From: Octopus sinensis
Taxonomy: Eukaryota
Direction: 5' to 3'
Length of the DNA: 31,937 nt
Assembly (NCBI RefSeq): GCF_006345805.1
Contig: NW_021832508.1
Location: 1-31,937 of the forward strand
Position 1 is the first letter of the stretch; every line of letters begins with the position of its first letter. Positions 1 through 10,340 of this stretch are shown here, piece by piece. Below the pieces are notes generated by a model. It made no database searches. It was given only the letters and a program-made list of their open reading frames with translations, and was not told the DNA's origin. The translations under genes were made by a program, and so were the position numbers.

Positions 1-63
1 TGTGACCAGCGGTGTCAAATGGACGCCTGACGGACTGGTCGGTCAAAGTGATCAAAGTGATAC

Positions 64-592
64 CGACCCCAGTGCGTAACTGGTACTTATTTAATCGACC
101 CCGAAAGGATGAAAGGCAAAGTCGACCTCGGCGGAATTTGAACTCAGAACGTAACAGCAGAAGAAATACCTATTTCTTTACTACCCACAAGGGGCTAAAC
201 ACAGACAGGACAAACAAGGACAGACAAACGGATTAAGTCGATTATATCGACCCCAGTGCGTAACTGGTACTTATTTAATCGACCCCGAAAGGATGAAAGG
301 CAAAGTCGACCTCGGCGGAATTTGAACTCAGAACGTAACAGCAGAAGAAATACCCCATTTCTTACTACCCACAAGGGGCTAAACACAGAGGGGGACAAAC
401 AAGGAACAGAAACAAAGGATTAAGTCGATTATATCGACCCCAGTGCGAACGTAACTGGTACTTATTTAATCGACCCCGAAAGGATGAAAGGCAAAGTCGA
501 CCTCGGCGGAATTTGAACTCAGAACGCAGCGGTGGACGAAATACGGCTACGCATTTCGCCCGGCGTGCTAACGTTTCTGCCAGCTCGCCGCC
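64..592 (-). mobile_element. tRNA-derived SINE family A: one head-containing copy followed by two head-less tandem units of about 185 bp
   Basis: CGACCCCAGTGCG recurs at 64, 248 and 435 (periods 184 and 187). The minus strand has a tRNA-like head (GGCGGCGAGCTGGCAGAAACG), a B-box (GAGTTCAAATTC) and the body GTCGACTTTGCCTTTCATCCTTTCGGGGTCGA, which resembles Deu/Nin-type SINE domains (from recall). Confidence 0.85.
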
Positions 593-619
593 TTTTTATT
601 AACAATGCTAATGTTTCTG

Positions 620-824
620 CTGAAGGTACAAGGTCTGAAATTTGTGAAGAGGGGCTGGTCGAATATGACAACCCCAGTGTTGAACTGGTACATATTTTAT
701 CGATCCCGATAGTAGCGACCGCAAAATTCGCTTTGGGTGGATTTGAACTGAGAACGTAAATACCACGATGGACCACTGTTAAGCAATTTTTCGGACGTGC
801 TAATGATTCTGCTAGCTCGCCGCC
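620..824 (-). mobile_element. Diverged SINE family A copy
   Basis: Degenerate matches to the body (AACCCCAGTGTTGAACTGGTACA), B-box (TTTGAACTGAGAACG) and head (GCTAGCTCGCCGCC). Confidence 0.7.
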
Positions 825-1003
825 TCTGTTTCAAAATTTGGTACAAGACCCTCTATTTTATGGGGAAATAGGGGTTAGTCAGTTACACGGATTTCAGGAT
901 TGAAAGGCTTGAAGAAGTTCCCCGAGGATTTTGTCCGAATCTCTAACGATTTTACTCGCTTACCGTCTGAATATTAATATTAATCATAATACTAATAATT
1001 ATT

Positions 1004-1183
1004 ATGGGTTCAAATGTTGGCACAGAGCCAGCAGGTTATGGGGAGGAAATAAGTCGATTAAATTCACACACAGTGTTCAACTGGTACTTATTTAATCGGC
1101 CCCGAAAGGACGAAAGGCAATGTCAACCTCAGCGGAATTTGAACTCAGAACGTAAAGACGGACGTGCTAACGATTCTACCAGC
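1004..1183 (-). mobile_element. Diverged SINE family A copy with partial head deletion
   Basis: Contains CTGGTACTTATTTAATCGGCCCCGAAAGGACGAAAGGCAATGTCAACC, the B-box and a truncated head. Confidence 0.7.
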
Positions 1184-1203
1184 AATAATAATAATAATAA
1201 CAA

Positions 1204-1235
<32 letters not shown>

Positions 1236-1260
1236 ATAATAATAATAATGATAATAACGA

Positions 1261-1475
1261 TGGTTTCAAATTTTGCCACAAGGACAGCCATTTTAGGGGA
1301 GGGGATGAGTCGATTGCATCGACCTCAGTGTTTCACTGGCACTTAATTTATCAACCCCCGGGAAGAACGAAAGGCAAAGTCGACCTTGGCGGAGTTTGAA
1401 CTCAGAACGTCGCGACGGGCGAAATAGCGCTAAGCATTTCATCCAGTTCGCTAAAGATTCTGCCATCTCATCGCC
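1261..1475 (-). mobile_element. Diverged SINE family A copy with (AAT/TAC)n tail at 1184-1260
   Basis: Contains GAAAGGCAAAGTCGACCTTGGCGGAGTTTGAACTCAGAACG and the head remnant CTGCCATCTCATCGCC. Confidence 0.7.
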
Positions 1476-1544
1476 TTGATTATAATAATCCTCCTTTCTA
1501 CTATGGGCACAAGGATTGAAATTTGTGGGGAGGGGTGTAATTCG

Positions 1545-2080
1545 ATCGCTGTGGCTTTCGTGGCTTCTGATCTTAACTGATTGGAAGTGTTATCATGTAT
1601 ATTGTTTTGTCTTGGTATAAGAGATGGGCTATAGCAAATATTCTGCTCAATACCACAGATTTGCTTGTCAGTTGTTTGACCTTAACCAGTTCAGCATGTC
1701 CCTTAGTGGCTGACGATATGTGCATCTCTGATCATGAACAGAAGTAGCGAAAGGAATTCTTAGAGGTTTGGATAATTCACCTTTGGAAACAGGGGTGGTT
1801 CGTTCAACATCCTTAAACAATCCTTATTCAGGGACCTTTTGAGCGGGTTGGGCTACTCGACCAGAAGAAAATTCTAACTGGGCCCCACCTGCAAGGTCAT
1901 GTGCTGTTTATCTTGATATGAGATCACCATGTTGTTCACATATGGTTGTGATGCATGTGTCTGGTGTACCCTTATCAGATAGGTAGTCATGATGGGTATA
2001 CTGGGCGTCGTATATTTTACCCCAGTGTCACTTTGATGGTATGCACTGCTCTCACACTCAATAATAATAATAATAATAAT
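1545..2080 (+). repeat. Interspersed repeat ending in (AAT)n, probably a non-LTR 3' end; second partial copy at 21917-22050
   Basis: TATTTTACCCCAGTGTCACTTTGATGG...CTGCTCTC(A/T)CACTCAAT followed by (AAT)n is shared between ~1950-2080 and ~21917-22050. The 5' boundary is approximate. Confidence 0.6.
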
Positions 2081-2097
2081 GAAAAGAAGAAGAAGAA

Positions 2098-2720
2098 AAA
2101 TGATAGTTTTAAATGTAAATTTATAATATGGGTAGAAAATCTGTATGTTTTAAAGCTGTTCTCTGTAAATATTCTCTTTTTCACTGATTCTCAAAGAAAC
2201 GTTCACATCTGTAGGACAGATGACCTCTATAACTGAACATAATTTTGTTTCTTCTTTTCTGTCACAAGCAATTATAGCAAACCTGTTACATTTGCATTTG
2301 ACGGAAGTTTTGATGGCAAAAGTTCTATCAATGTTCCATGTGTTGAAATGTATGTATTCTACCACTGCAGTATTTTCTTTCTTTTTTTTCCAGAGAAGTC
2401 TTTTCAACGCTTGGCACTGTATATTCTCTTCGTAACAACATCATGCGTGAGTTGCTAAACACATGTATTATATTTATCACATAATTATGACATAACTAAC
2501 ATTTCCGGTAATATATTGGGGTTTTAAACCCTTCACTGTTTCTTTGCTTTATTAAGTATTTTGTGTTACGTTTTAATAACTATGGAATGGCTTTCTTCTT
2601 TCTATAACCACTCAAGTATCCCAAATATATGAGCATTACAATTTGCATAGTGGGATTTCTTAGCGGAAAAAAATTCTGTTATATGTCTTAAACTTTGCTT
2701 CATGTAAAGGTGTGAATAAA
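2098..2720 (-). pseudogene. Decayed RLE-type non-LTR retrotransposon ORF fragment (R4/Dong- or CRE-like): CCHC knuckle plus restriction-like endonuclease
   Basis: Across frameshifts the minus strand gives TKYLIKQR, KC*LCHNY..IIHV, THDVV (RHD-like) and CNRFAIIACDRKEETKLCSVIEVICPTDVNVSLRISEKENIY..L*NIQIFYPYYKFTF. This matches the NRPDII-x-IEVSCP-x-D-x-N...KE..Y layout of RLE domains. Confidence 0.6.
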
Positions 2721-3628
2721 GACGCAATGGCGTTGTTCACCCTGTCTTTAATCACAACTTTAGATAAACATTTCCGCCAACAGCTAAGTATTTGGAGCAC
2801 TCGTTGTGGGAAGCAACGAGACCATTATACATATAAGCTTTGAGTATGAGAAACAGCTTTCCATATTCAAATATCAAATGTGAATATGAGAAATTCCCTC
2901 TCTGTAACAGCTGAAAATTTTGTAATCTAATTCCAGCCGTTTCTCAGTATTATAGATATATTTAAAATGAATCAACCTCGAAGAAATAATGAGTTACATT
3001 CACGTCTAATGCTAAGCACTTAACCACTTTTGTAAAAAATATTTTGTAGAAAATATTTGACAATGGGTTTAACGACAAATTAAACCGAAACATAGATTGA
3101 TTTCTTGGAACATTACGTTCGAAAAAATTATAAGATAAATAATTGCTCATAATTGTTGACCAGGTATTTGTAACCTTCCAATCACAGCAACTAGGGCAGC
3201 ACCTCTCTTTCTCCGGAGTAATAATCTGTTGTTAACGAGTGTTTAGTCATAAAATGGTTCAAGTTTGTGTAAATTTCGTCTTAGCGATTCTTAAACCACT
3301 TCATACTTTCAGCAAAAAGATTTTCACGTGATTTTCCATTGCACCGGAATAAATCTTGATTTAATTATAAAGAGAAGTGGTATGAACTGAACACTTACGC
3401 CGTCTTACAGAGTTGGCACTACGGCTGGTGTCGATCTTTCAGTAGTATTGTTTTTATCAGCGTTATGAATACGCTAAAAGTACAGTTGACTATCCAATGT
3501 CCAATTACCTTCACGCTAATTCGATAATAAAGTAATTCATTTGAGCCAGCAATAGAATATTCATTGATGAAAAAGATGGAGAGCCATTTTATAGGTGGTA
3601 AATATATTGTTAGAATTCTTATAACTGG

Positions 3629-3640
3629 TTTACACACACA

Positions 3641-3678
<38 letters not shown>

Positions 3679-3869
3679 CAACACCACACCACATACATAT
3701 TATATATATATATTCGACACCGAGTCTCGAATAAACCACTGCCGGTAGACTCAGAGTTGTGAATGTAAATAAGTGTACGATGCGTGTCATCTAATCTCTC
3801 TCTCTTTTGTCTCTCTCTCTCCCTCTCTCCCTCTCCCTCTGTCTGTCTGTCGTCTGTCTGTTCTGTTTG

Positions 3870-3952
<83 letters not shown>

Positions 3953-3955
3953 ATG
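3629..3955. repeat. Compound microsatellites (CA)n, (TA)n, (CT)n, (TCTG)n
   Basis: Directly visible; they are the source of the spurious ORFs at 3419-4043. Confidence 0.95.
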
Positions 3956-4080
3956 CATACACCACACACATTATTCGGATCGAGTCTCGATTCTTACTAC
4001 TGTGAGTCCCACCTGTACGTATACTGAGTCCTCAGTCAAATAACTAAAGATCCTATCATAGGATCTTTATTATACTATAT

Positions 4081-4122
<42 letters not shown>

Positions 4123-4327
4123 CAAATACGTGTACACAAGAGGTGTCCATCATAGGATTCCTTGCACGCTAGAGAGGACAGTTAAATTCAAACCACTATT
4201 AGAGATAAAATTTCGAAGGGAATAAAATTTCGAAGTTTAATTTATACTCGGAGTATATAGATGGTATATACATGGAATATATAGATAGAATATAGGTAGA
4301 GTGAATAGTTAAATATATGTGGAATAT

Positions 4328-4440
4328 GGGCGGTGAATTAGCAAGGTCATTAGGATGTTGGGTAGAGCATCGTGTTCTGAGGTTAAATACTGCTGAGGTC
4401 AACTTTGCCTTTCATTTCGTCGAGGTCAATAACTAAAGTA
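4328..4440 (+). mobile_element. Highly diverged SINE family A fragment
   Basis: GTTCTGAGGTTAAATACTGCTGAGGTCAACTTTGCCTTTCAT aligns to the family B-box and body. Confidence 0.5.
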
Positions 4441-4562
4441 TTAATCCCTCACCGCCACGTGTCCTTTCTTTGTTGCTTCTTGGCCATCTGTATATCTGGA
4501 AAAAAGGAAACTAGATATGAATATTTCGAATGTAGATCATTTTTGACATTATTAATAAGATT

Positions 4563-4793
4563 TATTTCTTTATTGCCTACAAGTGGCTAAATATAGCGGG
4601 CACAAACAAGGGCAGACAAAGGAATTAAGTCGATTATATCGACCCCAGTGCGTAACTGGCACTTAATTTATCGACCCCGAAAGGATGAAAGGCAAAGTTG
4701 ACCTCGGCGGAATTTGAACTCGCAACGTAACGGCAGACGAAATACGGCTACGCATTTCGCCTGGCGTGCTAACGTTTCTGCCAGCTCGCCGCC
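4563..4793 (-). mobile_element. Full-length SINE family A copy with perfect 14-bp TSD
   Basis: Head, B-box, body and tail are all present. The flanks are TTATTAATAAGATT at 4549-4562 and 4794-4807. Confidence 0.9.
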
Positions 4794-5194
4794 TTATTAA
4801 TAAGATTGTGGATAACCTTACAGATTTAGGGTCAACAGTCAATATAAGTCAACAGTCATCCAGAAAAAATTGTTTACTAATCGAGCAAGCTTCAGAAGTT
4901 TTCCCATCACTTACAAAGTCTAATAACACCAAAATGTATCTACCCCTGTCCTTTTGCGTGCTAACAAATATCGTATCCCCAACTAATAGGTTTTGTGAAA
5001 TTAATTCTTAATTTCTTGTGATTATCTCCCTTTTCTTTAACAATCGATAACAACCATTGCTTAGTTTTAACTTGTTTCTGCTGGGAGACACATTTCAATT
5101 AATTGAGAATGTTTTGCGCACGTCAATCATTACAGTTCTTTTTGCCTGTCGACTAAATATTTTTTATGAAGTAGATCAGCTCGATAAATTTATT

Positions 5195-5372
5195 TAGCAT
5201 ATACGCTTGTTGTGTCGCCGTAGATTAGCGGTTCGGCCAATAAGACCGATGGAATAAGTACCAGGCTTAAAAATAATAAGTTATGGGCCCGATTCGTTTG
5301 ACTAAAACTCTTCAAGGCGGTGCTCCAGCATGGCCGCACTCTAATGACTGAAGCAAGTGAAAGATAAAAGAT
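5195..5372 (+). mobile_element. SINE family B tail module
   Basis: TTAGCGGTTCGG...AATAAGTACCAGGCTT...AAGGCGGTGCTCCAGCATGGCCGC...ATGACTGAAGCAAGT, as in the copies at 11845, 23150 and 24566. Confidence 0.75.
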
Positions 5373-5386
5373 ATTTACATGTATAC

Positions 5387-5449
<63 letters not shown>

Positions 5450-5464
5450 ACACTCACAAACACA

Positions 5465-5615
5465 CGTATGCGATGGACTCTCGTCATTTTCCGTCTGCCA
5501 AATCCAAGCACAAGGTTTTGGTTAACCCGACTCCATAGTAGAAGACACTTGCCCAAGGTTCCATGCAGTGGGACTGAACCCGGAACCATGTGTTGTTGGA
5601 AGCAAGCCTCTTACC
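5465..5615 (-). mobile_element. SINE family B head (tRNA-like plus CORE-like segment; octopus OK/OR-type from recall)
   Basis: ATAGTAGAAGACACTTGCCCAAGG...GCAGTGGGACTGAACCCGGAACCATGTG is shared with the copies at 13061, 22755 and 25782. Confidence 0.75.
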
Positions 5616-5671
5616 AAAATCTACACCAGGTCCTATATATATTTATATATATATATATATAATATATATAT

Positions 5672-5728
<57 letters not shown>

Positions 5729-5772
5729 TATATGCATACATACATACATACATACATACATACACACACACA

Positions 5773-5818
<46 letters not shown>

Positions 5819-6175
5819 CTAATTGAATTACCCGGTAATACTCGGAAAATCGGGGGTTATATCCAGCTCCCATTCTTATTACACTGTTTCAAGTCCTATC
5901 CCGTTCCTTCTCCAGTTCCCGTTTTAGTTCCGCTCGCATTCCTATCCCCAATCCTATGTCAGTATATCAATTTTAGAATCAGTTAGGAGTAATTAAGCCA
6001 TTAATATATTATTAACATTTATGGTAATAGTTTGTTGCTAAAAATAGGTACTACAAACTATTAATACAATTAATGAGTGAATAAGGAATGTTCCTATATT
6101 ATTTTAACAAACTAAATTAGTTGACCGGTAATACCGGGAAAGTGGGGGTTATTCCCAGTTCTCGTTTATCATTAC

Positions 6176-6603
6176 GGATCTTTTCGGTTTGAACGGCAAT
6201 TTTTTCTAGCGGTGTCATATGAAATTGTCACCCATAATTATGACCCTAGTATCGATCTATTGCATTTCAATCTGTTTTAGGGTTAAGGTTAGTCAGGGTT
6301 AGGGGTGGGGGGAAGGGTATGTTTTTCTTCACAAATGTAAATAAACCCAATCTGTTTCTTAAACGAGGGACATATTCATAGGGCACAGAATGTTTTTTTA
6401 CCTCAATAGACGTCAGTGATTGGTTGAAATTGCAGAAATTGAAGAAAAAAACAACAACAAATATCTTACAAACTATAGAATTTTCTCAATAAAGCCAAGA
6501 GAAAAAGATGTTTTATAAACACATTCTACCAGTATACGAAATTTAAAATTTTTTAGTTACCTAGAAATTATGTTAAAAACTGGCGTTCAAACCGAAAAGA
6601 TCC
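6176..6603. mobile_element. MITE copy 1: 22-bp TIR GGATCTTTTCGGTTTGAACGGC, 8-bp TSD ATCATTAC
   Basis: TIRs at 6176-6197 and 6582-6603 differ by one mismatch. The TSD lies at 6168-6175 and 6604-6611. The interior is homologous to 14021-14432. Confidence 0.92.
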
Positions 6604-6984
6604 ATCATTACAGTATTCCATGTCGTATCTCGTTTCCTCTTCAGTTCACGTCTTTATGCCCAGCCCATCCTTTATGATAATAACTTATTGCTAAAAATAG
6701 ACATTACAAACTATTAATTCGATTAGTGGGTAAAAGGAATGTTCCTATATTATTTTAACAATTACATATGCATCTGAGTAAAGTAAATTAGATAAATAGA
6801 TAGATTTACAAATACATTGACGAATAGTCCGTGTATTGTAACTGGCGTTGTCGCGAGTCGTAGCTTATCGAAGCTGATTTGTAAACATGTATTACAGCTC
6901 CACGCCCTAGGGGGCCCATTATAGAGTTTTCTTGAATTCTAATTCGCCTATAATTCAACTGGATGTTCGGGGCAAATAAATAAC

Positions 6985-7136
6985 AAAATCGGATTTAACG
7001 TGGGAAATTATTTCAATGTACCAAATTTGAAAATTTTGACGTAATCTTAAAATCTCGCGATATTTGACAGCAATAGGGAAGAGCCTACAAAAGCAGAGAG
7101 AAGACAGTTATAGGACGTCACACACACAGACACACA

Positions 7137-7187
<51 letters not shown>

Positions 7188-7270
7188 AAAATTTACAAAC
7201 ATACACAGGTAATCACGAGTTTAAAATAGTGTATAGTAGACATATGTATGTATGTATGCATCTATTTATG
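6985..7270. repeat. Unclassified interspersed repeat, copy 1 (copy 2 at ~31404-31700)
   Basis: AACAAAATCGGATTTAAC...TTTGAAAATTTTGACGTAAT...AGCAATAGGGA...(CA)n...TACACAGGTAATCACGAGTTTAAAAT is shared by both loci. Confidence 0.8.
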
Positions 7271-7754
7271 TACGTACATACGTATGTATGTGTGTTAGTG
7301 TCTGTGTGTGAGTGTTTCTTTGCAATGGACAGCAGAAAGGCCACCTATCCATCTCTCCTTAAAGCTACGTATTCCTCACACTCACCTTTCTGTGTGTGTG
7401 CTGTATCTATGTACTTACGAAAGTATGTATGTAATGTCGCGTATATATGACAGCTATATCAACGTTAAGATCCCATTGCCACTGCTGATCTCGCCTTCAC
7501 CGATATAAGTCACCCTTATTCTGCTACTATCTTTCCCTTCGACTAATACTTTTTGAAACCTTCTCATTTTATCATATAATTCGCCCAACGCCCCTGGTAG
7601 TTGTGAGGGCACATTATAGATTTTTATTAAAATCCACTTAGTCTATTGATAGTGTAACATGTATGCAAAGTTTCGTGAATATTGGTTGGCTGGTTTAGGC
7701 CCTAAGATGGTAAAAGACAGACAGAAGTAGCCATTTACTATATATATATAGATA

Positions 7755-8320
7755 TTGAGTTGTCCGGAAAGTTCGTGCCGATTTTTAAAGGAAAGAGAAA
7801 GGACAATAAATACTTGCCATTATATTTTTAATAAGCCAAATATGAACCATTTTGTTGCACAATGCGTCTCCATCTTTCCTTTAACTTGAAAATACCCTCT
7901 TCCCAGAGTTGAGGTGGTTTCATGGCAAAGAATTCATCACGGTATCTTTTTACGCCATCCAAGTAATTGAAATTTTTACCATTAAGACTGTTCTGCAGGG
8001 ATCTGAATAAGTGGAAATCCAAAGGTGCAATATCTGGTGAATATGGAGGGTGGGGTAACACATCCCTGCCGAGCTGCAGCAATTTTTGTCTGGTTCCCAA
8101 AGCATCAAGTGCCGAAAAGGAACTTTCCTATCTTCCATTTTCAAGGGTTACAGAATTAACACAGGTTATAGGAACATAAACATTCTTCCACGAAAAGATA
8201 GCTTAAACTGTGCTCTAATGGAGGTGTAGTCAAATCCTATTTTATATGGACTCAACCATGTTCTAAAATAAGTCGAAAGTAAGCTACTATAAATCGGCAC
8301 GAACTTTCCCGACAAGCCAA
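7755..8320 (-). mobile_element. Internally deleted Tc1/mariner element (566 bp) with ~30-bp TIRs and TA TSD
   Basis: TIRs read TTG(A/G)(G/C)TTGTC(C/G)GGAAAGTTCGTGCCGATTT, with TA at 7753-7754 and 8321-8322. The N-terminus MEDRKVPFRHLMLWE (ATG 8138) joins a C-terminal segment GTRQKLLQLG..LPHPPYSPDIAPLDFHLFRSLQNSL, the mariner YSPDLAPSD motif. Confidence 0.93.
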
Positions 8321-8330
8321 TATATATATA

Positions 8331-8384
<54 letters not shown>

Positions 8385-8466
8385 TTCTTATTTTCATATA
8401 TATATATATATATATATATGGTTAAGTATATTTATTATTAATTATTTTATTGTTCTAATTTATTTT

Positions 8467-8556
8467 TAACCTTATGAAGTGACTATATTTATATCGAAGT
8501 GATTTCTCTATCACTATAATCATTTCTTAAATATAGCCACGAAACACGTGTCGTTA
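8467..8556 (+). ncRNA. Hammerhead ribozyme-like motif, type I, with core substitution G5U
   Basis: TAAC-CTTATGA-A-GTGACTATATTT...AAATATAGCCAC-GAAA-CACGTG-TC|GTTA. Stem I is 4 bp, stem II is 12 bp with one mismatch, stem III is palindromic, and the site is GUC. Confidence 0.65.
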
Positions 8557-8718
8557 TTCTACAATTTATATACGTTATTATTATTTTTTTTTTGCAATTT
8601 ACTTCATCTTTGACATTTTATTACAATTCTAATGTTAATATTTCTATCATATGTAATTTTCTAGATGGTGTAATTTAATTGTTCATTTTGAATTGATTAA
8701 ATGTTTGTTTTTTCTAAT

Positions 8719-8755
<37 letters not shown>

Positions 8756-8828
8756 TGTGTGAAATTTGATTTAGTATTTCTCAATTGACTCTTTTTCCTT
8801 GTAAGTTTAGATTTTATTCCCTCAGATA

Positions 8829-8877
<49 letters not shown>

Positions 8878-9479
8878 CTATAATATTATATCATACTTCC
8901 AGACTGTTCATACCCAGGACTAACGATAGAATACCCATTCTCGTGCCTTTAGGGAGAACAATGTCAGCCTGGCCACACAGTCCTTTATGTTTGCCTTCTA
9001 ACTATTTGTAAGAATGAGTTAAACTTCTGCAAGCTCGAGCCACTGTGATGCTTTTTCAATACCTCGTTGTCCCGGCTGCATGTAGAACCTGACATTAAGA
9101 TACTGTTACTATCTAATTTTGTCTCTCAAGCCCTAGTTCAAGGATTGGTCATGACAGGAACGTTTTTCGGATATCAGATCTGACCTGGGTTTAATAATAA
9201 CCATCTAACGAGAGAATCTTTACCTGATCCTTCGATCAGCTTGAAATAGCAGCTATCCCTCAAATCAAATACTACTTCCTTAAAATGGAGCTAAGACACA
9301 TTGGATTATCTTGTCTTCTGTATACTTTTCCTAAATAGAAACCGATGTGGTCATTTTTCGAAAGCCTTTGATTTATCGTAGATATGTGCAACAAAAACTG
9401 ACTCGGGGTTAAGCAACAACTGGGCCGTAGTTTCACACAGGCTTTTGCGTTTTTGCAATTTCATTTAGTTATCAGCCAT

Positions 9480-9730
9480 GTCTGACTACGGTTAGAAGAA
9501 GGAGCTCACAGATCTTTAGTACCAAGCGAGTCAAATGAATCCTATGGCGCAGTCTTCAGAGACTTGACGGTACCACCTGGATGCGCATTCATCCATCCGT
9601 CGATGCTCTCGGTGTCGGGGGTTGACCTGCTTTCTCTTCTGCGGGTCTTACAAATAGCAAAGGACCACGTATCGGACTTCTCCCAAGAGGACGAAGACCG
9701 CTTCGCTCAACAAACAAAGCAGCAGCAACA
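9480..9730 (+). repeat. Probable non-LTR (RTE-like) 3' end with (CAA/CAG)n tail
   Basis: GC-richer unique segment ending GAAGACCGCTTCGCTC and running into a CAA/CAG tail. There is one copy in the window and the classification is from recall only. Confidence 0.3.
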
Positions 9731-10340
9731 AAAACTGTAACATCACCACCACCACCAATAACAACAACAGCAATAGCAGTAGCAACAACAAAACATCACC
9801 GACGAACCACCACTACAACCACCACCACCACCACCACCACCACCACACCACCACAACCACCACCACACACCACCACCACCCACACACCACCAACCACCAC
9901 TACCACCACACCACCACCACCCCACAACACCACCACCACTACCACCACTACCACCACTACCACCATCACATCACCACCACCACCCCACCACCACCACCAC
10001 TACCACCATCACCATCACCACCACCACCGTCGCCGCCACTACCACTACCACTACTATCAATAACAACAACAGCAACAACAAAAATTCTAGCATCACCGTC
10101 GCCACCACCACCAAAACCACAACCACCACCGCCACCCCGCCACCACCAATAACAACAACAGCAACAGCCGTAGCAACAACAAAATTTGTAACATCACCGC
10201 CGCCACCACCACCACCACCACCACCACCGCTGCCACCACCACTACCACTACTACCAATAACAACAACAGCAACAACAAAAATTCTAACATCACCGCCGCC
10301 GCCGCCACGACCACCACCGCCGCCACGACCACCACCGCCA
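9715..10340. repeat. Compound (CAC/CAA/CCG)n trinucleotide array with a recurring spacer motif
   Basis: AACAAAA(N)4-5(A/G)CATCACC variants recur at about 9727, 9787, 10077, 10178 and 10273. Confidence 0.85.

Larger units (their letters stand above)
5819..7752 (-). mobile_element. Putative composite non-autonomous Helitron with a tandem 3' region, hosting a MITE and microsatellites
   Basis: The minus strand starts A|TCTATATATATATAGT...TCTGTCTGTC at 7752. Two 3'-end-like CCGG hairpins (5831-5845 and 6125-6137) are each followed by TTAG. A ~300-bp unit is duplicated (TTGCTAAAAATAG...AAGGAATGTTCCTATATTATTTTAACAA at ~6034-6110 and ~6687-6760). Confidence 0.4.

Noticed and set aside
64-592. CRISPR-like array
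   Set aside because: The units are full-length near-identical SINE segments with no unique spacers, and the context is eukaryotic.
12-1399. ORFs 12-236, 195-398, 519-776, 532-759 and 1004-1399
   Set aside because: They are chance frames through SINE copies.
1710-1716. CTGACGA
   Set aside because: No paired stem II followed by GAAA-N-UH.
2196-2203. GAAACGTT (also GAAACGTC at 26987-26994)
   Set aside because: There is no upstream core or stem I, and both lie within antisense retrotransposon coding remnants.
2269-2446. Apparent plus-strand exon pair (2269-2349 and 2394-2446) with good splice signals
   Set aside because: It would need a 44-nt intron, and the opposite strand is better explained as a decayed RLE retrotransposon ORF.
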